Source: a virus (Duplodnaviria > Caudoviricetes). From it: a stretch of 30,472 bases of DNA. Shown here piece after piece: positions 10,188-17,078 of the stretch. The stretch lies in the IMG/VR virus record IMGVR_UViG_3300016476_000568, positions 1-30,472 of that record; one strand, 5' to 3'. The notes under the pieces were generated by a model that did not search any database, was not told the DNA's origin, and was given only the letters and a program-made list of their open reading frames with translations. The position numbers and the translations under genes were made by a program. Position 1 is the first letter of the stretch, and each line of letters starts with the position of its first letter.

Positions 10188-10550
10188 TTATTGACCACCA
10201 AACTTCAACGCTGAAATCAAATCACGCAAATCATCGTTCGGATACATCTGATACAACACATCAAGTTCTTCCAACACAGGGTCACGGGTAGGAAGAATCA
10301 TTGGTTTAGAACCCATAACAGGAGCCATGATGTCTTGTGGTCGTTCTGTTGGGGCCATCAAATCAACCACATTGCCAGGTGCAGGACGTGGTTTTTGTGG
10401 GGCCATATCAGTTGGAGGCGCACCCATTGGTGTGATTTTTTGTGCAGCAAGTTGTTTACCTGCTTCACCATATGTTTGCCCTTTAGCGGCTGTTGCAGCC
10501 ATCTTTGCTGCAGGGTTCTGCAGGTCTGTACGGTTTGGATATTCAGCCAT
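10188..10550 (-). CDS. Hypothetical Pro-rich protein downstream of portal
   Basis: 120 aa ORF with GGAGG RBS. Confidence 0.75.
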   Translation of the reverse strand: MAEYPNRTDLQNPAAKMAATAAKGQTYGEAGKQLAAQKITPMGAPPTDMAPQKPRPAPGNVVDLMAPTERPQDIMAPVMGSKPMILPTRDPVLEELDVLYQMYPNDDLRDLISALKFGGQ

Positions 10551-10552
10551 TG

Positions 10553-12382
10553 TTACCCTCCGAGTCTGCTGGCAAGGCTAAGAACTCCACCTGGCGAACC
10601 TGGAGGGGCGGCTGCTCCTGCTTGTGGTCCACCTAACTGTCCGAGAAGTTGGTCTAACGAAGGTTCTCCACCAGGACCACCCATACCTGCTTCTGCACCC
10701 ATACCTGGCATCGCCAATCCTGGCATTGTTTCTGGTGAACCAGCAGGTGCTTGCGCTGCCTGTCGTTCTTGCGCTCGTTTCTGTGCAGCCTGGATAGCGG
10801 CAGGAAGTGACATCTTGTTTGTACCAACAAGTTCAGCGATATACGCCAAATCATCTGGCTGGTATGGACCGTTCGGGTCTGCTGCTTGTGCCTGGATAGA
10901 TGACAAGAGTGCTGCTTCAATTCCTTCGGCAACGATACGGTCACGTTCCAGTTCTGGGTCTGCAATCAACGGGTCTGCTTCACGGGCAGATTCTTTAGAC
11001 ATCAATCCAGTTCCAAGTCGCTGTCCCAACCCGACAATAAGGCTGTTAACGTCCGAACCAGAAGCAGGGTAAGAAACAAAGTGATGGTCTGTTTCCCAAA
11101 GTTTCTCAGGCGTGTAATCCTTCTTACCACCTGTGAACCCTGACAAGAAGAAAGACTTAGGTTGCTTACCCCAGTAGGTACGTTCAATAGCGATAGCGAT
11201 TTTATCTTCTTCTTTGAGTGAGGATTCAAAGATTGATTGTGCTTCTTGTACACGGAAGTCAATTGTTGCGGAGAGGATTGATTCTCCTCGGCGTCCTGTG
11301 CGGATGTTGCTTCCTGATTCTCCACCGAACTCTGCGGGGATTGCACCTTCAAGACGTTCTTGGCGTTCCAAACGGTCCAAAGCAACATCGGTTTTGTAGC
11401 CTGGGTTGATTTGGTATTGCTGGATGTCTCCACCTTTAACCACACCTAACTGTCCTGTTTTGCCGTCAGCGACCTGCATGATTTCTGGGTTTTCACCAGG
11501 GCGGGCAACAAGGTATTCGTCAGGGAAAATGCCACGTTCAATAGCAATCTCTGTCAATGCTTGCAATCTTGCACGAGTGAAGTATGTGTTGAGCATACCG
11601 TCAAACTGTCCACGAGGACGGTCAAGAGTAATGCGTTGCGGCACGACAGCAAGAGGCATACCAGTGCGGTTGTAGATACGTTCCAGTTCTACAATCTCTT
11701 TACCCTGATATTCGTGGCCTGACTGCCAGTCTTTTTTCTCTGTCCCGATAACAGCCATGACGATTTCATCGGCGCAAACATATTCAAGAATGGTGAACGT
11801 CTGGTCATACGACAGTTTGCCCATACGGAGTTGCCCGATTACTTGACCTGCGTAGTTGTCCATCAGCCATTTCGCTGACTTCGTGTAGGTGAAGATTACG
11901 TTGTCGGGTACTGGGTCGTCTGGGTCGTCACGGAAAGAAGGGAAGGTGTCCAATGGGTTACGGACGTGCCACTTAGGTGTGAGTGTTTTGAAGTCTGGTT
12001 TGATGATGACTGGTGAGGATGAGTATGCGAGAAGGTGGCGGCTTCGGCGGCGCATCTTCATGTTCATACGGTTAGCGTCCCAGATAGAAAGCATTGCTTT
12101 CTTACGGTCACGAGCAATGTTCATGCTGCGTTCCTGTCCATCTTTCAGTGGTGGGAAGTACGGCATTGGCATAGTGGACGCCACACGGGTAGACATCTGG
12201 TCTAGACCCTGGGTCAAGAGTGAAGCAACAGAGGAGACAGCGTTACGGTCAAGTTCGTTTAACGGTACAACAATGTCGCCGTTGGCGTGGTCCCTTACTT
12301 TACGCATTTGCGCCAAGATAGGGCCTTGTGCGGTGACTCGCTCTTTGTAGAGTTGATGGATTTCTTCTACGGTAATTGCCAT
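10553..12382 (-). CDS. Portal protein
   Basis: 609 aa directly after terminase; low-complexity Gly/Pro/Gln/Met C-terminal tail typical of podovirus portals. Confidence 0.82.
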   Translation of the reverse strand: MAITVEEIHQLYKERVTAQGPILAQMRKVRDHANGDIVVPLNELDRNAVSSVASLLTQGLDQMSTRVASTMPMPYFPPLKDGQERSMNIARDRKKAMLSIWDANRMNMKMRRRSRHLLAYSSSPVIIKPDFKTLTPKWHVRNPLDTFPSFRDDPDDPVPDNVIFTYTKSAKWLMDNYAGQVIGQLRMGKLSYDQTFTILEYVCADEIVMAVIGTEKKDWQSGHEYQGKEIVELERIYNRTGMPLAVVPQRITLDRPRGQFDGMLNTYFTRARLQALTEIAIERGIFPDEYLVARPGENPEIMQVADGKTGQLGVVKGGDIQQYQINPGYKTDVALDRLERQERLEGAIPAEFGGESGSNIRTGRRGESILSATIDFRVQEAQSIFESSLKEEDKIAIAIERTYWGKQPKSFFLSGFTGGKKDYTPEKLWETDHHFVSYPASGSDVNSLIVGLGQRLGTGLMSKESAREADPLIADPELERDRIVAEGIEAALLSSIQAQAADPNGPYQPDDLAYIAELVGTNKMSLPAAIQAAQKRAQERQAAQAPAGSPETMPGLAMPGMGAEAGMGGPGGEPSLDQLLGQLGGPQAGAAAPPGSPGGVLSLASRLGG

Positions 12383-12405
12383 GACGGGTTTAACTATACA
12401 TCATT

Positions 12406-14376
12406 TCACAGCCATGATGGACGCCACTGGCGGGGTGGCAGTTTGAACTGTGACAAGTTCGGGATATTCAAAGCAGCCATCCACATAGACATAACAATGT
12501 CTGTGCCGTTCTTTTTGTCACGGGTCCACTTAGTTAGTTCTTCTACAGCAGCGAGGGTTTTCCAGTTGCCACGCATATGAGGGAGACGAATAGCGCCTGT
12601 ACGGAACAATGGTGGTAGTAAAGCCTCCACGCCCATTTTCTCGTCCAGTTTGTTACGGGACGTGGTGTGTGGAATGACGTTTACGCCCATACGGGTTTGC
12701 CATTTCCGCACAAAGTCGTGCGCTAGAAGGAATCGTTGGGCTGCGTTGATTTCTACTACCCAATGTGAGATGGGGTAACCCATACGGAAGGAGCGTTCTT
12801 GCCAGTCTTCCATGATTCCTGTGTATTCACCTGTGGTGGTGTTGTAACCCAACAGGTCTTCGGCGGTTAGTTTGCACCGTTCAATGTCTATAACGTGGTA
12901 CAGGTTTTGGTTGGGTTGGTACAGAATCCATGTGAGCGCCCAGAACATCGTTGGGGAGGGGTCCACCGAAACAATGGACAATACGGGCGGTGCCAAACCA
13001 GCAGGTATCTCCCCATGTCCCCGTTCATGGTCAATACATCCTGGATATTGAACACCATCTTGTCCGAGTCCACCGTGAATCCAGGTTTTGTCAATGAGGT
13101 ACGCATCAAGGTCTAGTTCTCCTTGTTGATATACAACTTCAAAAACATCAGGTTTGTTGTAACGAATAAAGGATAGGTCTTTCCAGGGGAGACGTTTGGG
13201 GTCTAGGAGTGGCCCGTCTGGGTAGGCGGGTGCGTCAAATCGGCGGGATTCTTTCCCTGTGTCCAACTCTGGATAGTACGCCTGATAAATGATGTGTTTG
13301 TATTTGCTGGATTTGAGGGGTTCCATCGCATTGACCTGTTCAGGCGTAGTGACATCGGAACCGTCATAATCCTCATCATCCAAATCATAGGTAACTTTTG
13401 CGAGGCAATGTGCGTATAGGTCGCCTGGTCCGAGGCGCTGCCCAACAACAGCCAGCAACCCTCCTGGGTCGCAACGTGCTTCCGCCACGTTGTCCCATCT
13501 TTCAAGAAGTTTGTCACGGGCGACAGATTCACGGGCGTTGTCTGGGGACGCAACATCGTCAAATAAGCATAGGTCTGCACGGTGTCCGATGAATTCTGCT
13601 TCAATACCGTAAGCACGAACTGTAGGTTCTTTGTTATCAAGGCCATTCCCATCTAGTTGTTCCACCACAAATTCTTCGGCTCGCCATAATGCGCCTTTAT
13701 CTGTGGGTTTGAATCGTCCATAGTCTATGGATAGGCATCCTTTGGCGTTTTGTGCCAGCCCTTTAGCGACCAGTTGTGGGTCTGGTTCTATCGGCATAGG
13801 ACGTTCTAGGGTTTCACGGATACGGCGGGAGTACATCTTCGCCATATTTTGCGATACCGAGCCAATCATCACACGAATTTTGCGGTCACGAACGATAGCC
13901 CATACAGCAACATCGTGGAACAGGGTGGATTTGCCTGCGCCTGGGGGGACGTTGACGACTACGAATTCTTTTTCTTCCGACTCCAACAGTTTTACAAGTT
14001 CAAGTGCGGCTTCAACCTGCCACGGAGAAGGAACACGCCCCAAATAGTATTCACGAAAGAACGCAAAGTCCTCTTTACCTCGTTTTGCTTCTTCACATAA
14101 CTGGTCATCACCAAGAGCAGACGGCAATTCAATAGCATCCATAAACGAGTTGTACTCGTCACGCTGTCTACCGCCCTGGTCACGGACGTGTTTCTTCGCT
14201 GTGGCCTCTGCCGCATCAGCAGCAGCCTGCGCCGCTTTCGCTTTCTTCAACCATTTAGAACCAGTATTGACGTGTACACCTGCAGTTCTAGCGGCTTGGG
14301 TAATGGATTGGCCTGCGGAGATAGCAGCAAAGAATTTTGCTTTATCTGCTGGTGAGACTGAACGTTTTGTTCCCAT
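12406..14376 (-). CDS. terL: Terminase large subunit with N-terminal HTH
   Basis: Walker A VPPGAGKST, Walker B LCLFDD, nuclease SVDPS, VVEINAAQ, DIVMSMW; ATG at 14376 follows TGgTACTAT. Confidence 0.93.
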   Translation of the reverse strand: MGTKRSVSPADKAKFFAAISAGQSITQAARTAGVHVNTGSKWLKKAKAAQAAADAAEATAKKHVRDQGGRQRDEYNSFMDAIELPSALGDDQLCEEAKRGKEDFAFFREYYLGRVPSPWQVEAALELVKLLESEEKEFVVVNVPPGAGKSTLFHDVAVWAIVRDRKIRVMIGSVSQNMAKMYSRRIRETLERPMPIEPDPQLVAKGLAQNAKGCLSIDYGRFKPTDKGALWRAEEFVVEQLDGNGLDNKEPTVRAYGIEAEFIGHRADLCLFDDVASPDNARESVARDKLLERWDNVAEARCDPGGLLAVVGQRLGPGDLYAHCLAKVTYDLDDEDYDGSDVTTPEQVNAMEPLKSSKYKHIIYQAYYPELDTGKESRRFDAPAYPDGPLLDPKRLPWKDLSFIRYNKPDVFEVVYQQGELDLDAYLIDKTWIHGGLGQDGVQYPGCIDHERGHGEIPAGLAPPVLSIVSVDPSPTMFWALTWILYQPNQNLYHVIDIERCKLTAEDLLGYNTTTGEYTGIMEDWQERSFRMGYPISHWVVEINAAQRFLLAHDFVRKWQTRMGVNVIPHTTSRNKLDEKMGVEALLPPLFRTGAIRLPHMRGNWKTLAAVEELTKWTRDKKNGTDIVMSMWMAALNIPNLSQFKLPPRQWRPSWL

Positions 14377-14428
14377 GAGTGTTGCAAATAGTACCACACC
14401 CCTGTAGAGTTGGTGCTGAAATAATTAT

Positions 14429-14457
14429 TTGCCAAAATAAATTTCAACCTATATAGT
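14429..14457 (+). promoter_or_regulatory. Sigma70-type promoter for ncRNA 1
   Basis: TTGCCA-N17-TATAGT; +1 near 14464. Confidence 0.7.
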
Positions 14458-14463
14458 GTTAGT

Positions 14464-14661
14464 AGAGAAATAACGAAGCAGTAACGGCGGGACTGCACAA
14501 ACCAGCGACTAAGGCGTCCTACACAAGGGCATCGTATCCAACTAAACCTTCTAAACACAGCCTTGAAAACTGTGGGATACGGTGAAGATGCAGGGACATT
14601 ACGGCGCAGTTTGAACCACAGGTTTAGGTGGTCGTGGGTTCGGCTCCCATCTTATTTTTCT
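14464..14661 (+). ncRNA. Putative tRNA-shaped structured RNA with expanded anticodon-arm domain
   Basis: Terminal stem, D-like arm, long central arm, variable arm, T-like arm and an 8-bp loop pairing. Confidence 0.65.
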
Positions 14662-14669
14662 GCTACACT
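14661..14669 (+). promoter_or_regulatory. Extended -10 promoter for ncRNA 2
   Basis: TGcTACACT; predicted +1 coincides with the first stem at 14675. Confidence 0.6.
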
Positions 14670-14674
14670 ATGTA

Positions 14675-14932
14675 GCGCAACAGAGCAAGTCCCCCACGAT
14701 GGGAATCGTTAGGGCAAGCAGGGCTGTACCTCATTTGCACGAGGCGGGGCGTTTAATACACGGGAACGTGGGTTGATGTTTCCTGCAACCAAGCAAACAT
14801 TAAGTAGTTGATTGCCCCTGTTGCGTAAGAGAAACAAGCAGCGTCATCAACGTCATATGATGAAAACATGGTGTCGGCTAGAATTGCCACGGCGACCAAG
14901 AACATATTGTTCTGAACTGTGGGGGAGGCTAT
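14675..14932 (+). ncRNA. Putative large multi-pseudoknot RNA
   Basis: Many nested stems, two GNRA tetraloops, three long-range pairings, no ORF. Confidence 0.65.
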
Positions 14933-14952
14933 CTAGATTATCTGTTGACCTG

Positions 14953-15005
14953 TTCCGCTTCGCTGTCGCTTGCGGCTGACGCCCTCACTACGTTCGGTTG
15001 TCGGC
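14953..15005. other. ssDNA hairpin element resembling a primosome assembly or single-strand initiation site
   Basis: Minus strand has GAAGCGG and the GNA-triloop mini-hairpins GCGAAGC and ACGTAGT. Confidence 0.4.
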
Positions 15006-15361
15006 AGAGAAAACATGAACAAGCGTGATGCCCAGGTCCACCTCGGAGGGTTACTTTTCTTTTTTCTCTTTTTTTCTTTTGAGAATATTCAACTGCTCTA
15101 GAAGAAGAACCTCACAGACGTTCGGCCCGCCCAGACATATGTAAAACACGGACAGCAACCCACCCCATTCCAGAGCCAACCAACTTGCCAACCACACACG
15201 TCAGACCCCACCAACAACACAACACGGCACACACCAAAAGAGTGAAACCATCCCTCTCTGATATATACATACATAGCGCCCCCGTAGCCTCGGCAGACCC
15301 CCAGTTGCGGTAGGTTTTCTACCTACTAGACGGTAGGGACATTGCGTTACGCTACCCAACC

Positions 15362-15375
15362 CGAACAAATGTTCG
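15362..15375. promoter_or_regulatory. LexA (Gram-positive/actinobacterial SOS) box-like site
   Basis: CGAAC-AAAT-GTTCG. Confidence 0.6.
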
Positions 15376-15552
15376 CTAACTGTTGCTAGCACCCCCCACC
15401 ACCCCAGCAAGCACCACGAAAAGTCACAGACTGCCGACCAACAGTCAGAACGTAGACTGTCCGCCTAGAAATAATGAGAGTGGTTGGGAATGAGAATGGG
15501 TGGGAATGGGAGCAGTCGGTGTCTGTTGGTTGTGGCAGCGGGGCGCTGGTGG

Positions 15553-15566
15553 CGAACGTGTGTTCT
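15553..15566. promoter_or_regulatory. Second LexA box-like site
   Basis: CGAAC-GTGT-GTTCT abutting the CRP-like box. Confidence 0.5.
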
Positions 15567-15581
15567 GTGACAAGTGTCACA
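15566..15581. promoter_or_regulatory. CRP/GlxR-like operator, copy 1
   Basis: TGTGA-CAAGTG-TCACA, 10 nt upstream of the -35. Confidence 0.65.
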
Positions 15582-15591
15582 TAGAAAAGGC

Positions 15592-15620
15592 TTGACAGGG
15601 GGGTAGGGATTTTGTAACGT
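15592..15620 (+). promoter_or_regulatory. Early promoter P1
   Basis: TTGACA-N17-TAACGT. Confidence 0.7.
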
Positions 15621-15665
15621 AGTAGGCATAGAGGAACGGGGCAACCCGAACTAGTAGATAGAGAA

Positions 15666-15681
15666 TGTTTCACGTGAAACA
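15666..15681. other. parS: parS site (ParB-binding palindrome)
   Basis: TGTTTCACGTGAAACA, exact chromosomal consensus, within a 22-bp perfect palindrome (15663-15684). Confidence 0.85.
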
Positions 15682-15703
15682 TTCAGAGAGAAAGGTAGAG
15701 AGA

Positions 15704-15898
15704 ATGGCAACAGAGAGGTGCGAAGTGTGCGGTATTAGTTGGGAGACATACGAGGCAACCCAACCAGACTGCGAGGGTGGCGAGGAGTGCCACGATTGGG
15801 AAGACTCTATGAATGATGACGAAATGCCAGAGGGTGAGAACGTCATTATCGGCGGGCAGAGCGCCTACAAGGTGGGCGGGTTCATTACTTGGGATTAG
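15704..15898 (+). CDS. Small acidic Cys-rich early protein
   Basis: MATERCEVCG...; AGAAAGG RBS. Confidence 0.7.
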   Translation: MATERCEVCGISWETYEATQPDCEGGEECHDWEDSMNDDEMPEGENVIIGGQSAYKVGGFITWD

Positions 15899-15954
15899 CC
15901 GAAACGCCTACGGGCGTCTACGGGGGATAGTCTCCCCGTACTGACGAGGCAGAC
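15898..15954 (+). ncRNA. Hammerhead ribozyme, type II
   Basis: GCC-GAAA-CGCC(TACG)GGCG-TC^-TACGGGG(GATAGTCT)CCCCGTA-CTGACGA-GGC-AGAC; complete catalytic core. Confidence 0.92.
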
Positions 15955-15973
15955 AAATAGAAAGGGTCAGATA

Positions 15974-16150
15974 ATGAACACAACAACAGCGGACAAGTGG
16001 CAACACTTTACAGATACGGAAATAGACATTCTGTATTCGGCGTTAGCCCTCTACCGCAAGCAATGTCACAAGGTAATCCAACAGCAGGCGCACAAGGTGG
16101 CAGACGATTTGATTGCCGACCTAATCAACATTCCTAGAAAGGGGAACTAA
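15974..16150 (+). CDS. Small early protein, 58 aa (MNTTTADKWQHF...), not in ORF track
   Basis: AGAAAGGG RBS; TAATG coupling to next gene. Confidence 0.75.
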   Translation: MNTTTADKWQHFTDTEIDILYSALALYRKQCHKVIQQQAHKVADDLIADLINIPRKGN

Positions 16151-16350
16151 TGGCAACGAAATACAGGGCTATCTTTTACATACAAGATAGGAACGGCTAC
16201 AAGTGGGCGGAAACTACTACCCCACTATGGGACACATACGAAAAGGCGGATAGCACCGCCCGACAGTATGCGGACATCATCAACGGGGCTACCAGTCATA
16301 GGGTAGTGACGGGCTACGCAATCAAAACCACAGAAAGGGGCGAGCAATGA
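16150..16350 (+). CDS. Small early hypothetical protein
   Basis: 66 aa; AGAAAGGGG RBS. Confidence 0.75.
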   Translation: MATKYRAIFYIQDRNGYKWAETTTPLWDTYEKADSTARQYADIINGATSHRVVTGYAIKTTERGEQ

Positions 16351-16517
16351 ACAGAAACGACAACGTGACCGAACAGGAACTAGAGAACTATTACAACCTG
16401 AAATGGGCGCTAGCAATCCTGCGTAGGGTTCAGTCGGGGCAGGGTCGCCACGATTGGGAGTTACCTTACGCAATCAGACGGCTAGAACGGTTACAGGCAG
16501 GCATTACAGACAAGTGA
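16347..16517 (+). CDS. Small early protein, 56 aa (MNRNDNVTEQELENYY...), not in ORF track
   Basis: AGAAAGGGG RBS; ATGA overlap. Confidence 0.7.
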   Translation: MNRNDNVTEQELENYYNLKWALAILRRVQSGQGRHDWELPYAIRRLERLQAGITDK

Positions 16518-16568
16518 CAAGTGTCACAGGGTTTATGGGTTGCCTATTCTCCCCGACTGTGTTACGGT
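16513..16568 (+). promoter_or_regulatory. CRP-like operator copy 2 plus early promoter P2
   Basis: GTGACAAGTGTCACA identical to copy 1, 11 nt before TTGCCT-N17-TACGGT with TGn extension. Confidence 0.65.
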
Positions 16569-16620
16569 TGGGGGGAGTGGGGAGAGCATAAGGCTATTCC
16601 ACAAATAGAAAGGGGCAGAA

Positions 16621-16887
16621 ATGCCAACAGAAAACAAATTAGAGAGAGTGACCCTCTCATATCACCAATCAGTAGAAACAAGGTTCCTACCAAATACTCG
16701 CCGTATCAAGGTTGTGGCAAGCGGTGGGGTGACTAAATCCTACGTATGGAATGACGCCCTAGACGTGGCAGAAAATCACGCCCGTGCTATCCAACAATTC
16801 CTAGATTTTATGGAATGGGGCGGTACCTACACTATCGGTTCTAGTGTTTCGGGTCGGGGTTATGTCGCCGTAAAGGTGGGCGCATAA
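16621..16887 (+). CDS. Early hypothetical protein
   Basis: 88 aa; AGAAAGGGG RBS. Confidence 0.78.
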   Translation: MPTENKLERVTLSYHQSVETRFLPNTRRIKVVASGGVTKSYVWNDALDVAENHARAIQQFLDFMEWGGTYTIGSSVSGRGYVAVKVGA

Positions 16888-17078
16888 TGGAAACCTACAC
16901 CGTGACAAGAGACGGGCGTACCCTCGCCACAGTCCCAACAGAGAGCGAGGCGTGGCGCTGTCTCCACAACATACAGGGACAGAGTATCGGTCACGCCGTC
17001 ACATACGAGGGCTACGACATCATCTACCCCAACGGGGCGAAACTATCCACCTACTACAAGAGAACAGGGAACAACTAA
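16887..17078 (+). CDS. Early hypothetical protein
   Basis: 63 aa; TAATG coupling. Confidence 0.75.
   Translation: METYTVTRDGRTLATVPTESEAWRCLHNIQGQSIGHAVTYEGYDIIYPNGAKLSTYYKRTGNN

Noticed and set aside
9028-11072. Long + strand ORFs (274 and 245 aa) and the other antisense ORFs in the track
   Set aside because: Shadow frames of genuine minus-strand genes, with no RBS or protein-like motifs
14247-14558. 103 aa minus-strand ORF as a possible terminase small subunit
   Set aside because: Atypical composition, no RBS, overlaps terL and the + strand promoter/RNA
14464-14661. Assignment as tmRNA, YrlA Y RNA or group I intron (CAGCGACTAA resembles the R element)
   Set aside because: No alanine acceptor end, CCA or convincing tag; arm order is not the permuted YrlA order; no matching S element or P7
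14681-14932. RNase P RNA (GAGCAAGTCC...GGCTAT resembles the conserved regions)
   Set aside because: P4 register and the other conserved regions do not fit
15386-15898. Two divergent ORFs both starting MFHVKHS
   Set aside because: Artefact of the parS palindrome; the real + gene starts at 15704 after its RBS
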